Assembly (NCBI GenBank): GCA_050178795.1
Contig: JBFXFT010000001.1
Coordinates: forward strand, 57,513 to 121,512
Direction of reading: 5' to 3'
Length of the DNA stretch: 64,000 bases
Source of the DNA: Spirochaetales bacterium
GTDB taxonomy: Bacteria > Bacillota > Clostridia > Christensenellales > UBA1242
Shown: in pieces, positions 18,632 to 29,110 of the stretch
Numbering within the stretch: position 1 is the stretch's first letter
How the letters are laid out: each line of letters begins with the position of its first letter
Position numbers and translations under genes: made by a program
Notes under the pieces: model-generated
Databases searched by the model: none
The model's input: the letters and a program-made list of their open reading frames with translations, nothing else
Told to the model about the DNA's origin: nothing

Positions 18632-18829
18632 TTAGTCTTCGTCGGCACCTAACTTGCCATCATAAACTTCCTTTGCTGCTTCTGAAATTTCTTTTAATTT
18701 TGGTTCAGAAATTTCTTCCCTCAAATTTCGTTTTTGAATTTGTTTTGCCCTTTTTGCTACTAGAACCGTAAGTTTATATTTATTACCTACTTTTTCGCTC
18801 ATTTCGTCAATTGGTGGTTCGATCATCAT
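18632..18829 (-). CDS. rpoZ: DNA-directed RNA polymerase subunit omega
   Basis: 65 aa, ...NKYKLTVLVAKRAKQI..., typical omega. Sits upstream of priA as in Bacillus. Confidence 0.85.
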   Translation of the reverse strand: MMIEPPIDEMSEKVGNKYKLTVLVAKRAKQIQKRNLREEISEPKLKEISEAAKEVYDGKLGADED

Positions 18830-18842
18830 AACTTTATTCTCC

Positions 18843-20282
18843 TTAAATTTTATTTAATTGTTCTTCTATTAATTTATTTACTATTCCTGGGTTTGCCTTT
18901 CCTTTAGTCATCTTCATAACTTGTCCCATAAAGAAAGTAATTGCCCTCGTGTTTCCTGCTTTATAGTCTATTACGGCTTGTGGGTTTGCGTCAATTATTT
19001 CAAGTACAATTTTTTCAATTTGTCCTTCATCGCTCACTTGTTTTAGTCCTAAACTTTCAACAAGGTCGTTTGCGTCCTTACCTGTTTCCCAAACTGCCTC
19101 AAATAGAGTTTTAGCACCGCTTGAATTAATCTCTGCATTTTTTGCCATTTTTATTATAGCACACAAGTTTTGCGCCGTAATTTTAATATTGATGTTTTCT
19201 GTGTCTAAGTCCTCTTTTAACACCCTTAAAACGTGGCTCATAATAAAGTTACTTACCGCTTTAGGTTCATTAAATATTGTTAAACACTCTTCAAAGAAGT
19301 CGGATATTGCCTTTTTGTTGGTTAGCACCTTTGCGTCATATTCTGGAAGTCCTAGTTTATCAATATAGCGTTTTTTGCGACTTATTGGAAGTTCTGGCAA
19401 GTGTTTTTTGATTTCTGCAATATATTCCTCAGTTATATTTATTGGAAGTAGGTCTCTGTCTGGAAAGTATCTATAATCGTTGGAGTTTTCTTTGTTTCTC
19501 ATTGAAAAACTTTTGCCTAAGTTGTCGTCCCAACGCCTCGTTTCTTGGTCTATTGTTTTACCCTCTCCAAGTAGTGATGCTTGACGCTCTACTTCATAGT
19601 CAATGGCACGTTTAACGGCTTTAAAACTGTTTAAGTTTTTCATTTCGGTTCTATTTCCTAGAACTTTACAGCCGTGCTCTTTTAAACTTACGTTTACGTC
19701 GCACCTTAAACTGCCTTCTTGCATTTTGCCGTCTGTTACACCTATGTAAATTAGCGTTTGCCTTATTTGGTCTAGATATCTTACTGCTTCATCGCTTGAA
19801 TAAATTTCTGGCTCGCTTACAATTTCAATAAGTGGTACACCACAGCGATTAAAGTCCACCATAGAAATACCTAAAAAGTCGTCGTGCATATTTTTGCCTG
19901 CATCTTCTTCCATGTGTATGCGGTTTAAACTTACGTGTTTTGTTGTTCCGTCTTCAAGTTCAACCTCAACGCTTCCGCCAACGCAAATTGGTTTTTCAAG
20001 TTGAGATATTTGGTACGCTTTTGATAGGTCTGGGTAAAAATAGTTTTTACGTTCAAATATTGCCTCGTTATTAATTATGGAGTTAAAAGCAAGTCCTGCA
20101 CGAATTGTGTATTCTACAGCCGTTTTATTGGCAACAGGAAGTGCGCCAGGTAAACCTAAGCAAACTGGACAACAGTTAATGTTTGGCATACCGCCAAATT
20201 CGTTCTTGCAAGAACAAAATGCTTTTGTATTTGTCTTTAATTCGGAGTGGACTTCAAGTCCTATAACTATATCATATTTCAT
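18843..20282 (-). CDS. gatB: Asp/Glu-tRNA(Asn/Gln) amidotransferase subunit B
   Basis: 479 aa, MKYDIVIGLEVHSELKTNTKAFCSC.... Third gene of gatCAB. Confidence 0.95.
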   Translation of the reverse strand: MKYDIVIGLEVHSELKTNTKAFCSCKNEFGGMPNINCCPVCLGLPGALPVANKTAVEYTIRAGLAFNSIINNEAIFERKNYFYPDLSKAYQISQLEKPICVGGSVEVELEDGTTKHVSLNRIHMEEDAGKNMHDDFLGISMVDFNRCGVPLIEIVSEPEIYSSDEAVRYLDQIRQTLIYIGVTDGKMQEGSLRCDVNVSLKEHGCKVLGNRTEMKNLNSFKAVKRAIDYEVERQASLLGEGKTIDQETRRWDDNLGKSFSMRNKENSNDYRYFPDRDLLPINITEEYIAEIKKHLPELPISRKKRYIDKLGLPEYDAKVLTNKKAISDFFEECLTIFNEPKAVSNFIMSHVLRVLKEDLDTENINIKITAQNLCAIIKMAKNAEINSSGAKTLFEAVWETGKDANDLVESLGLKQVSDEGQIEKIVLEIIDANPQAVIDYKAGNTRAITFFMGQVMKMTKGKANPGIVNKLIEEQLNKI

Positions 20283-21727
20283 TATTTGCCCTCCCCATTA
20301 AAGTGTTTTTCAAAATAGTCAGCGGCGTTAAATAGTTTGCCCTCATCAAAGTGCTTAGCAATTAATTGCATACCTATTGGAAGTCCGTTTTCATTATTTC
20401 CGCAAGGAACACTTATTGCAGGAACACCAATTGTGTTTACTACAACTGTATAAATATCGCTCAAATACATTTTAATATGGTCGTTAGATTTTTCGCCAAG
20501 TTTAAATGCTACACTTGGTGACGTTGGAGTTAAAATAACATCGCACTTTTCAAAAGCGTCATTAAACTCTTCTTTTAATAACTCTCTAACTTTTTCTGCT
20601 TTTTTGTAGTAAGCGTCATAATAACCGCTGCTTAAAACAAAGTTGCCAAGCATAATTCTGCGTTTTACTTCTTTTCCAAAACCTTCAGTTCTAGAATTCA
20701 AATAAAGTTCGTGCAAATTGCTTACTTTTTCACTTCTTGTGCCGTATCTTACACCGTCAAACCTACCAAGGTTACTGCTAGCCTCGGCAGAACTTAAAAC
20801 GTAATAAACAGGTAAACTTGCACCTATGTTTTTTAGTTCAATGTCTACAATTTGTGCACCGTGACTCTTATAAAATTCTATTGCTTTTTCAATTTGAAGT
20901 TTTACATCTTCGTCCATCCCAAGACCAAAGAACTCTTTAGCTATGCCTATTCTTAGACCTTTAATGTCGCCTTTAATTTCTTTTAAGTAGTCAACTTTTG
21001 GTCTATTAGCACTTGTGCTTTCATTAATATCGTGTCCTGCTAGCGCATTTAACATAATTGCACCGTCTTTAACTGTTCTTGTTAGTGTTCCTACTTGGTC
21101 AAAACTGCTACCAAAAGCGACAACCCCGTATCTGCTTACAAGTCCGTAAGTGGGTTTTAAACCAACTACACCACAAAAGCTTGCTGGTTGCCTTACGCTA
21201 CCACCTGTGTCTGTTCCAAGTGCTCCATATGCCTCATAACTTGCAACACTAACAGTGCTTCCGCCACTGCTACCACCAGAAACATAAGCCCTATTTACAG
21301 GGTTTAAAACAGGACCAAAAGCAGAGTTCTCGTTTGAACTGCCCATTGCAAATTCGTCCATATTGGCTTTTGCTATTATTATTGCACCGTTTTCTTTTAG
21401 CCTTGTTGTTACAGTGGCGTCATAAACTGCCACATAATCTTTTAAAAACTTTGAAGAACAGGTGTTTTTGTAGCCTTTAACAGAAATATTGTCTTTTAAA
21501 ACCACTGGTATACCTGCTAAAAGTGGCAAACTCTCGCCAGATTTTCTTAAAGCATCAATTCTTTTTGCCTCTTTTATTGCCTCTTCATAGTAAGTGCTAT
21601 TTAAAGCGTTTAGGTCTTTATTTTTTTCTATATTTTTAAATGATTGTTCTACTAATTCTTCACTTGTTACCTTGCCACTTTGTAAAAGGGCAGAAACTTC
21701 TAAAATGCTTAATTTTGTATAATCCAT
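20282..21727 (-). CDS. gatA: Glutamyl-tRNA(Gln) amidotransferase subunit A
   Basis: 481 aa with the amidase signature GGSSGGS and ...DTGGSVRQPASFCG.... Confidence 0.95.
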   Translation of the reverse strand: MDYTKLSILEVSALLQSGKVTSEELVEQSFKNIEKNKDLNALNSTYYEEAIKEAKRIDALRKSGESLPLLAGIPVVLKDNISVKGYKNTCSSKFLKDYVAVYDATVTTRLKENGAIIIAKANMDEFAMGSSNENSAFGPVLNPVNRAYVSGGSSGGSTVSVASYEAYGALGTDTGGSVRQPASFCGVVGLKPTYGLVSRYGVVAFGSSFDQVGTLTRTVKDGAIMLNALAGHDINESTSANRPKVDYLKEIKGDIKGLRIGIAKEFFGLGMDEDVKLQIEKAIEFYKSHGAQIVDIELKNIGASLPVYYVLSSAEASSNLGRFDGVRYGTRSEKVSNLHELYLNSRTEGFGKEVKRRIMLGNFVLSSGYYDAYYKKAEKVRELLKEEFNDAFEKCDVILTPTSPSVAFKLGEKSNDHIKMYLSDIYTVVVNTIGVPAISVPCGNNENGLPIGMQLIAKHFDEGKLFNAADYFEKHFNGEGK

Positions 21728-21735
21728 TTCGCCTC

Positions 21736-22023
21736 CTACTCCACAATTTTTGGCACGGCAAACATACCGCTTCCAGCCTTTGGTGCGCCCTTTAAAATTT
21801 CTTGTTGTGGTAAAGAATCTTTAACAATGTCTTCCCTTAAATCAAACTCTGCATTCAACTTATTGGAAGTGCTCTTTACCCTATTTGTATCTATTTTTTG
21901 TAGTGTATCTACATAGCTTAAAGTCTTAGCAAATTCGCCCTTAAAGTTCTCAATTTCTTCATCTGTGAACTCTAACTTACTCAAATTTGCAAGATGCTTT
22001 ACAAGTTTTGTTGTAATCTCCAT
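21736..22023 (-). CDS. gatC: Asp/Glu-tRNA amidotransferase subunit C
   Basis: 95 aa, ...VKHLANLSKLEFTDEEIENF.... First gene of gatCAB. Confidence 0.9.
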   Translation of the reverse strand: MEITTKLVKHLANLSKLEFTDEEIENFKGEFAKTLSYVDTLQKIDTNRVKSTSNKLNAEFDLREDIVKDSLPQQEILKGAPKAGSGMFAVPKIVE

Positions 22024-22074
22024 ACATCCTTCCTTTTTTAAACTTTTTTATTATAGCATTTAATAAACTTACTT

Positions 22075-24036
22075 TCAACTGTTTATCAACTTTAAAAATT
22101 CGCTTTCTGAATAAATTTTTACGCCTAATTCCTGTGCTTTTGCTAGTTTGCTACCAGCACTTTCGCCAGCGAGTACAAAGTCTGTATTTTTACTTACTGT
22201 GCTAACCACACTTGCACCCATTTTTTCAAGTAAATCTGTCATTTCTCGTCTACCATAATGTTCCAAAGTGCCTGTTAGCACAACCTTTTTGCCCCAAAAT
22301 AAGTTATTTGTGGTTTCTTCTTTTTGTTCTTCTAATTTTATGCCAACATATTTTAGGTCGTTTAGTAGCCAGTCGCTTATTGGGTTTTTAAAAAACTCAA
22401 TTATGTTGCTAGCCAAAACTTCGCCAATTTCGTGAAGAGCTAAAAGGTCTTCTTTTGTTGCCATTTTTAGGTTGTCTAGCGTCTTAAATTTTTTTGCTAA
22501 ATCTTTGCTTGCTTTAACGCCTATTCCATTTATTCCAAGTGCAAATATGAACTTATTTAAAGTTGTATTTTTGCTGTTTTTTATTGCCTCAATAATGTTG
22601 TTTGCTTTTTTTTCTTTAAAACCGTCAAGGGTTAGTAATTCCTCTTTTGTTAGTTTATAAAGGTCACTAAAACTCCTTAAATGCAATTTTTGGTACATAG
22701 TTTCAACCGTTTTGTCGCTAAGCCCTTCAATATTCATAGCGTCTCTACTAGTAAAGTGAGTAATTCTATCCTTAATTTGCTCTTCACAGTCGTAATAGTT
22801 GCGACAGAATAAATTTGCTCCGTCTTCAACTAAAACAGAGTGACAACTAGGACAATAAACAGGTTTTTCAACAGGTTTAGAGTCTTTTGTTAACCTTGCT
22901 ACACCCAAAATTTCTGGTATAACTTCATTACTGCGCCTTACAAATACATAACTATTTAATTTTATTTTTTTTCTTTCAATATCGCCAAAATTGTTTAGTG
23001 TGGCGCGCCTAATTGTTGCGCCTGCTAATTCAACAGGGTCTAAAATTGCTATTGGGGTAATTTTGCCTGTACGACCGACCTGCCAAACAACGTCTTCAAG
23101 TTTGGTAGATAGTTCCTCAGGGGCAAATTTATAGGCTATTGCAAAGCGAGGAAATTTTGCCGTATAGCCAAGTTCTTCCCTTCCTGCAATATCGTTTAAT
23201 TTTATCACTATGCCGTCAATCAAAATGTCTAAGTTTTGCTTACCCACTTCCATTTCGTCAATTTTATTTTTTATGTCTATAAACTTAGAATATAAATTAA
23301 ACTCTTTTGCAACATAAAATTTATTCTCTTTTAAAAACTCATACTGCTCTTCTTGGGTTGCAAACTTTTTATTTTCTATAAAGTTTACAGAATAAAAAAT
23401 TACGTCCAAATTTCTGCTTGCAGTTACTTTTGGGTCTAAGTTTCTTATTGCGCCTGCTACGCCGTTGCGTGCATTTTTTAGTGGTTCATCTGCTTTTGCG
23501 TTGTATTTTTTTAGAGCACTCAGTTTCATTATACCTTCGCCCTGAACTATTACTTCGCCCTTAAAATTAATTGTAAGTGGCACAGTTTTAATGGTTTTAA
23601 CCTGTGCTGTTACGTCTTCACCAACTGAGCCATTGCCACGAGTTGCGGCATTTATAAGTTCGCCATTTTTATAGGTTATGCTAATTGTAAGCCCATCATA
23701 TTTACTTTCAACCGAAAATTCTGCGTTTGGAATTTTACTTTTTACATCTTTTACCCATTCTTCAAGCGCTTCAAAGGTGTTGCACTTATTTAGACTATAA
23801 AGTTGTACTTTATGGGTGTACTTTTCAAAACCGTCAATAATTTCTCCACCCACTCTTTTAGTTGGAGAGTTTGGTAAAACTACGCCTGTCTTACTTTCAA
23901 GTTTTAAAAGTTCGTCATAAAGTTTGTCCCACTCGCCGTCGCTAATTGTGGGATTATCTAAAGAATAGTAGTTGTAGTTGTGATAATTAATCGTCTCAAC
24001 CAACTCTTTCATTCTGTTTTTTAAACTTTCGTCCAT
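22075..24036 (-). CDS. ligA: NAD-dependent DNA ligase
   Basis: 653 aa. Contains the adenylation lysine motif (ESKYDGLTISI), a Zn finger (CPSCHS...CRNYYDC), HhH repeats and a C-terminal BRCT (GKKVVLTGTL). Confidence 0.95.
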   Translation of the reverse strand: MDESLKNRMKELVETINYHNYNYYSLDNPTISDGEWDKLYDELLKLESKTGVVLPNSPTKRVGGEIIDGFEKYTHKVQLYSLNKCNTFEALEEWVKDVKSKIPNAEFSVESKYDGLTISITYKNGELINAATRGNGSVGEDVTAQVKTIKTVPLTINFKGEVIVQGEGIMKLSALKKYNAKADEPLKNARNGVAGAIRNLDPKVTASRNLDVIFYSVNFIENKKFATQEEQYEFLKENKFYVAKEFNLYSKFIDIKNKIDEMEVGKQNLDILIDGIVIKLNDIAGREELGYTAKFPRFAIAYKFAPEELSTKLEDVVWQVGRTGKITPIAILDPVELAGATIRRATLNNFGDIERKKIKLNSYVFVRRSNEVIPEILGVARLTKDSKPVEKPVYCPSCHSVLVEDGANLFCRNYYDCEEQIKDRITHFTSRDAMNIEGLSDKTVETMYQKLHLRSFSDLYKLTKEELLTLDGFKEKKANNIIEAIKNSKNTTLNKFIFALGINGIGVKASKDLAKKFKTLDNLKMATKEDLLALHEIGEVLASNIIEFFKNPISDWLLNDLKYVGIKLEEQKEETTNNLFWGKKVVLTGTLEHYGRREMTDLLEKMGASVVSTVSKNTDFVLAGESAGSKLAKAQELGVKIYSESEFLKLINS

Positions 24037-24050
24037 TAGAATGTGTCTCC

Positions 24051-26279
24051 TTATATTATTTCAAGTGGAGCAAAATTTAACGCTAAAATTTTTGTTCCAA
24101 AGGTTTCAAAGTCAATTTTTGCTGTTCTTGTTGAGCCCTCACCACTGAGAGACAAAACAAAACCAATTCCAAATTTTGGGTGTCTAACCCTGTCGTTTAC
24201 TTTTAGAGTATTTACAATGTCTTTTGAAACAGTGGTTGGCTTTTTGTTTTCTACCACTATTTCATTTAGAGATGAAATAACTGTTTTAACTGGATTATAA
24301 ATTGGATCGTAGTAATTGTCTTCATAATAATCGCGCTCTTTTTTAGTGTCTGCAATTAGTCCTGCCTCTTTTAAAAATTGGCTAGGTAACATAAAACTCG
24401 TTTCGCCATATAAGAACCTGCTTTGGCAATTTGTTATGTAAAGTCGCTCCTTTGCCCTTGTAATTGCGACATACATAAGCCTTCTTTCTTCTTCTAGGTC
24501 GTCATCTGAACTGTCCCTACGCTTTATAGGAAAAATTCCGTCCTCAACGCCTACAATAAACACAACCTTAAATTCTAAACCTTTAACACCATGCACTGTT
24601 GCCAAGGTTATTGAATTGTTTTCTTCGTCATAGGTGTCAATGTCTGTAAATAGGCTAATGCTTTGCAAATATTCGCTCAAAGTTGCGTCAATATTTTCCT
24701 CTTCATAGTCTTTAACCGACTTTATAAACTCGTTTAGGTTATAAAGCCTGCTTTCGTCTTCTTCTTTGCCTGAATTATATGCCTCTGCAAAATTTACAAA
24801 GTCAATTAAATACTCTACAAACTCGCTAAGTTTTAAAACACTGCTCTTTTCAATTAGATTTTGCATAATTTTAGCAAACTCTAAAAACTTGTTTAAAGCG
24901 CCAGTGCTTAAATTTGAGTTTTCGGTTAAATTTAGTATAGTCTCAAATGGTCCATTATTTTCATTAACCGCTACCATATAGTCCTTTAAACTTAAAAGTG
25001 CTGCTGAACCTATGCCACGTTTAGGAAAATTTATTACCCTATTAAAACTTGCCATGTCTTTTGGGTTTACAAGCAGTTTTAAATAGGCTATTACATTTTT
25101 AATTTCTGCCCTGTCGTAGAACTTCATACCCCCAAACACCCTATATGGCAAGTTGAACTCTAAAAGTTTTTCTTCAAAGTGCCTTGTAAGTGCGTTTAAA
25201 CGCATTAAAATTGCTATATCTGAGTAATTGTAGTTATTTCTATGAACCAAGTTATATATTGTTTCTGCGACGTAGTCTGCCTCGTATCGCTCGTTATATG
25301 GCGAACTGTATTCCACTTTAACGCCGTCTTCTTTGTCCGTCCAAAGTTGTTTTTCAAGCCTACTCGTATTGTGCTTTATTACCTTGTTTGCGACCTCTAA
25401 TATCTTTTTAGTGGAGCGGTAATTTTGTTCAAGTTTTATTATTTTTACATTTTCATAGTCTTCTGTAAATTTGAAAATATGTGTGGAGTTTGCACCGCGC
25501 CAAGTGTATATGCATTGGTCTTCGTCACCCACTACAAAAATGTTTTTATATTTACCTGCTAAAATTTGCATAAGGTCGTATTGAACTTTGTTGGTGTCTT
25601 GAAATTCGTCAATATGAATGTATTTAAACTTGTTTTGGTAGTATTCTCTAACATCTTCATATTGCGCTAAAAGTTTGTAAGTATAGGTTAGCAAACTATC
25701 AAAATCTAGTGCGTTATTTGCGTTCATTTTTTGCTCATATTTTTGCATTAGGTCAATTAAAAGGTCAACGTCTTTGTAATAACTTATTTCGTTAGCATAA
25801 CTATCTAGTGATATGTTTTTATTTTTATAGTTTGATATGTTCCATTCTAGTTTTTCTAAATAGTCTTTGTCTTCTATTTTTGCGTCTGCAATTATACCCT
25901 TTAAAATTCGTGCTCTATCGTCCGTGTCGTAAATAGAAAAATTGACGGTGTAGCCTTGTAATCTTTCAATATTGCGGTTTTCCCTAAGTAGTCTTACGCA
26001 CATTGAGTGAAATGTCATAACCCACATATTGTTTGCAGATACATCGGTAAGCATGCTATTTAGCCTTTCTTTCATTTCGCTTGCCGCTTTATTGGTAAAA
26101 GTAACCGCCAAAATGTTATATGGGCTAATATGTAAATTTTCAATTAAATTAGCAATTCTAAATGTTAAAACCCTCGTTTTACCGCTTCCAGCACCAGCCG
26201 TAACAAGCACAGCACCCTGTGTATTATTTACCGCTTCTAGTTGCTCTCTATTCAAAGTTGCAAAGTTAAGTTTTGACAT
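24051..26279 (-). CDS. pcrA: ATP-dependent DNA helicase PcrA (UvrD family)
   Basis: Start is at ATG 26279 behind GAAAGGG (the track start is an upstream TTG). Motifs LNREQLEAV, AGAGSGKTRVLT, TFTNKAA, DEFQDTN, QNYRST, TVHGVKGLEF. Confidence 0.9.
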   Translation of the reverse strand: MSKLNFATLNREQLEAVNNTQGAVLVTAGAGSGKTRVLTFRIANLIENLHISPYNILAVTFTNKAASEMKERLNSMLTDVSANNMWVMTFHSMCVRLLRENRNIERLQGYTVNFSIYDTDDRARILKGIIADAKIEDKDYLEKLEWNISNYKNKNISLDSYANEISYYKDVDLLIDLMQKYEQKMNANNALDFDSLLTYTYKLLAQYEDVREYYQNKFKYIHIDEFQDTNKVQYDLMQILAGKYKNIFVVGDEDQCIYTWRGANSTHIFKFTEDYENVKIIKLEQNYRSTKKILEVANKVIKHNTSRLEKQLWTDKEDGVKVEYSSPYNERYEADYVAETIYNLVHRNNYNYSDIAILMRLNALTRHFEEKLLEFNLPYRVFGGMKFYDRAEIKNVIAYLKLLVNPKDMASFNRVINFPKRGIGSAALLSLKDYMVAVNENNGPFETILNLTENSNLSTGALNKFLEFAKIMQNLIEKSSVLKLSEFVEYLIDFVNFAEAYNSGKEEDESRLYNLNEFIKSVKDYEEENIDATLSEYLQSISLFTDIDTYDEENNSITLATVHGVKGLEFKVVFIVGVEDGIFPIKRRDSSDDDLEEERRLMYVAITRAKERLYITNCQSRFLYGETSFMLPSQFLKEAGLIADTKKERDYYEDNYYDPIYNPVKTVISSLNEIVVENKKPTTVSKDIVNTLKVNDRVRHPKFGIGFVLSLSGEGSTRTAKIDFETFGTKILALNFAPLEII

Positions 26280-26373
26280 AAAAAACCCTTTCAAAATTAA
26301 TTACTATAATTTTAGCATAAAGAGCGCTTTTTAACAACCACAAACGCATAAAAAATAAAACAAAACATAAAAC

Positions 26374-26401
26374 AAAAAACGCACCCAAATTTTAGATGCG
26401 T
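26374..26401 (-). terminator. rpsU terminator
   Basis: Minus strand reads ACGCATCT-AAAATTT-GGGTGCGT followed by TTTTTTG. Confidence 0.65.
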
Positions 26402-26410
26402 TTTTAATAA

Positions 26411-26593
26411 TTAGTGTTTTTTTGCGTTGCGCTTTCTTGCTGCTATAGCCTTCATTTTGCGTTTTACGCTTGGTTTTTCATATTCTCTTCTTTTTCTTAA
26501 TTCGCCGATGATGCCGTCTTTTTGACATTTGCGTTTAAAACGTTTGATTGCGCTTTCAACACTTTCATTTTCGCCAACTTTTACTGTTGCCAC
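26411..26593 (-). CDS. rpsU: 30S ribosomal protein S21
   Basis: 60 aa (GTG start), [28 protein letters not shown]...EYEKPS.KRK..., canonical bS21. SD AAAGGTGGTGA. Confidence 0.93.
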   Translation of the reverse strand: MATVKVGENESVESAIKRFKRKCQKDGIIGELRKRREYEKPSVKRKMKAIAARKRNAKKH

Positions 26594-26647
26594 TTCTTTT
26601 CACCACCTTTGCTTTAAGCTAAATTTGTATTTTTTAATACCGCTACT

Positions 26648-26675
26648 AGTATACTATAAAAAGACTAAAAGTCAA
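26648..26675 (-). promoter_or_regulatory. rpsU promoter
   Basis: Minus strand reads TTGACT, 16 nt, TATACT. Confidence 0.45.
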
Positions 26676-26693
26676 GCACTTTTAACAAACTTT

Positions 26694-27032
26694 TTAAGCG
26701 GGATTCCAACCCATTTTTTGACCTGCTAAAATATGAATATGTAGGTGCTCCACCGCTTGTCCTGCGTCTTCCCCTTGGTTTATTACAAGCCTGTAACCAT
26801 TTTCTAGGTGCAAAACATTTTTTAACTCTGCTATTTTAAAAATGCTCTCCGCAAGTTGTTTTTGAGCCTTTTTGCTTGCCTCTTCTAAGTGAGAGTAATG
26901 TATTTTTGGTATTAACAAATAATGATATTTACTCACTGGATTAATGTCTTTAATAATTATCATATTTTTGTCTTCAAAGACCTTTTCTGCTGGTATTTTA
27001 CCCTCTATAATTTTACAAAATATGCAATCCAT
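26694..27032 (-). CDS. HIT (histidine triad) family nucleotide hydrolase
   Basis: 112 aa, MDCIFCKII.GKIPA... with the triad HLHIHIL. Confidence 0.9.
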   Translation of the reverse strand: MDCIFCKIIEGKIPAEKVFEDKNMIIIKDINPVSKYHYLLIPKIHYSHLEEASKKAQKQLAESIFKIAELKNVLHLENGYRLVINQGEDAGQAVEHLHIHILAGQKMGWNPA

Positions 27033-28295
27033 TTACTTTTCCTCCTCAATTATTTGCGCTAGTGCTCCGTCTTTAAAGCGCTCAATTAATTTTACTTTTA
27101 CAAACTCCCCACTTGTAATTTTATTGTTTAGTGGAATATAAACTTTAATAAAATATTCGGTATGACCCCTTAAATAACCGTCATATTCTTCCTCTATTAG
27201 CACCGTTTGCATAGTACCTAAACTCTTCTTTATATAGTCGTCAATTGACCTCTGTTTTACCTTAAGTGCTTCTTGTACTCTGGCTTTTATTATTTCTGGT
27301 GCAAGTTCTTTTAACTCGTATGCCTTTGTACCTTTCCTTTTAGAGTAAGGGAAAACGTGAATATCAAAGAATTTTGCTCTCTTTAAGGTTTTCAAAGTCT
27401 CTTTAAAATTTTTGTCCGTTTCTGTACTAAAACCAACTATTAAGTCGGTAGTTATTGCGGCGTTTTGAAAGTATTTACGTATAAGTTTTACTTTATCCAA
27501 GTACTCTTTTACGCTATATTTTCGGTTCATTGCTTTTAGTACTTCATCACTACCGCTTTGAAGGCTTAAATGAAAGTGTGGTGCAAAATTTGGCACTTCT
27601 TTTAATACCTTTAAAAAGTCGTCAGTTATTATGTTCGCCTCTAAACTGCTTATTCTTATCCTTGCATCAATTTTGCCCATTTCTGCCATAAGAACTGAGA
27701 GTGCTAACTTGCCATTTATTTTATAATCTGAGGTGTTTATGCCTGTTATTACAATTTCGTTTGTGTGTTTTGCTAGTTCTGTTGCCTCTTCAATTATTGA
27801 ATTTAGGTCTCTACTTCTGCTTCTGCCCCTCAAATATGGTATTAAACAATAAGCACAAAAGTTGTCGCAACCGTCTTGCACTTTTAGCGTTGCACGCGTC
27901 TTTGTTAGACCTGCAAAAAAGTTGTTTTCGTACTCTGAAGGTAGCGGAACAGTTAAATTGCCCTCTTTATTTAAAAGTTGCGGTATTAAATGCTTACCGC
28001 CAACGCCTAAAACCGCCTGCACGTTGTCCCTATCTAAAAATTGGTCTGGATTATTCTCGCTAGCACAACCCATTACAATTACCTTTGCTTTTTCGTTTAG
28101 TTTTTTAATTTTTGCAAGCACTTGTCTACTCTTTTTTTCACTTTCTAGTGTTACTGCACATGTGTTTAATATGTATAAATCAGCAACTTCTAGACTAGTT
28201 GAAACCTCGTGCCCCTCGTTTTGAAGGGAAAGAGCAAGGCTGTCGCTTTCGTATTGATTGACCTTGCAACCAAGCGTAAATATTACTATTTTCAT
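27033..28295 (-). CDS. mtaB: tRNA (t6A37) methylthiotransferase MtaB (radical SAM)
   Basis: 420 aa. Motifs FTLGCKVNQYESD and DGCDNFCAYCLIP. Located after rsmE, as yqeU-yqeV in Bacillus. Confidence 0.85.
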   Translation of the reverse strand: MKIVIFTLGCKVNQYESDSLALSLQNEGHEVSTSLEVADLYILNTCAVTLESEKKSRQVLAKIKKLNEKAKVIVMGCASENNPDQFLDRDNVQAVLGVGGKHLIPQLLNKEGNLTVPLPSEYENNFFAGLTKTRATLKVQDGCDNFCAYCLIPYLRGRSRSRDLNSIIEEATELAKHTNEIVITGINTSDYKINGKLALSVLMAEMGKIDARIRISSLEANIITDDFLKVLKEVPNFAPHFHLSLQSGSDEVLKAMNRKYSVKEYLDKVKLIRKYFQNAAITTDLIVGFSTETDKNFKETLKTLKRAKFFDIHVFPYSKRKGTKAYELKELAPEIIKARVQEALKVKQRSIDDYIKKSLGTMQTVLIEEEYDGYLRGHTEYFIKVYIPLNNKITSGEFVKVKLIERFKDGALAQIIEEEK

Positions 28296-29035
28296 TACTC
28301 TAATTCCCCTAATTCGTACATAACAAGCCCTGTTAAAACTATGCTTGCAGTCTCTGCACGCAATATTCTCTCACCTAAACTTATAGTCTTTAAATTTTTG
28401 ACATTACTCTCCAAAAATTCAACTTCACTTTCGCTAAAACCACCCTCACTACCTACGATGATTGCTACATTTTTTAGGTCTTTTTTATTTTTTGTGGCTT
28501 CTTTTAAAGATACTCCGCCTTTTTCATAAGCGAGTAATACTAAGTCGTAACTTTTTAACTCTTCTGCAAGTTTTTTAATTGAAATAATGGGGTTAATATC
28601 TAACATTTTGGCTCTGCCACATTGACGAGTGGCATTTAGGGCTATTTTTATTAATCTATCCTCTTTATTTTCGCCATTTTTTACCATTGTAAACTGGCTT
28701 GTAAAAGGTATTAGTTTTGTTGCACCAAGTTCGCTTATTTTTTGCAAAATTAGTTCAAATTTATCGCCTTTTACTAGCGCTTGGCAAACGGTTAAATTAA
28801 CTTTTGGCTCTGAAGTATTAAAGGTTTCGTCCTCAACCATAATAGTTAATGAGTTTTTTTGTATATTCTTAATTTGGCACAAAAAATCGTAACCTGTATT
28901 GTTACTAATGACTATTTTATCGCCCACTTTTTGCCTCATGACATTGACTATGTAGTTGTAATCATCTTTTACTAGGTCATAAGTGTTATTTTTGAAAAGT
29001 TCTAAGTCCTTTACAAAAAACCTTTTATTCTCCAT
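28295..29035 (-). CDS. rsmE: 16S rRNA (uracil1498-N3)-methyltransferase
   Basis: 246 aa, ...RFFV...VNVMRQKVGD... with C-terminal IIVGSEGGFSE.E and ISLG.RILRAETA. Confidence 0.88.
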   Translation of the reverse strand: MENKRFFVKDLELFKNNTYDLVKDDYNYIVNVMRQKVGDKIVISNNTGYDFLCQIKNIQKNSLTIMVEDETFNTSEPKVNLTVCQALVKGDKFELILQKISELGATKLIPFTSQFTMVKNGENKEDRLIKIALNATRQCGRAKMLDINPIISIKKLAEELKSYDLVLLAYEKGGVSLKEATKNKKDLKNVAIIVGSEGGFSESEVEFLESNVKNLKTISLGERILRAETASIVLTGLVMYELGELE

Positions 29036-29077
29036 ATCTCAAATTCCTTTTTTCAAGTAGATAATAACATAAATAGC

Positions 29078-29110
29078 ACAAAAAATGTAGGATTTTCTCC
29101 TACATTTTTT
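29078..29110 (-). terminator. dnaJ terminator
   Basis: ATGTAGGA-TTTTC-TCCTACAT flanked by A- and T-runs. Confidence 0.7.
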
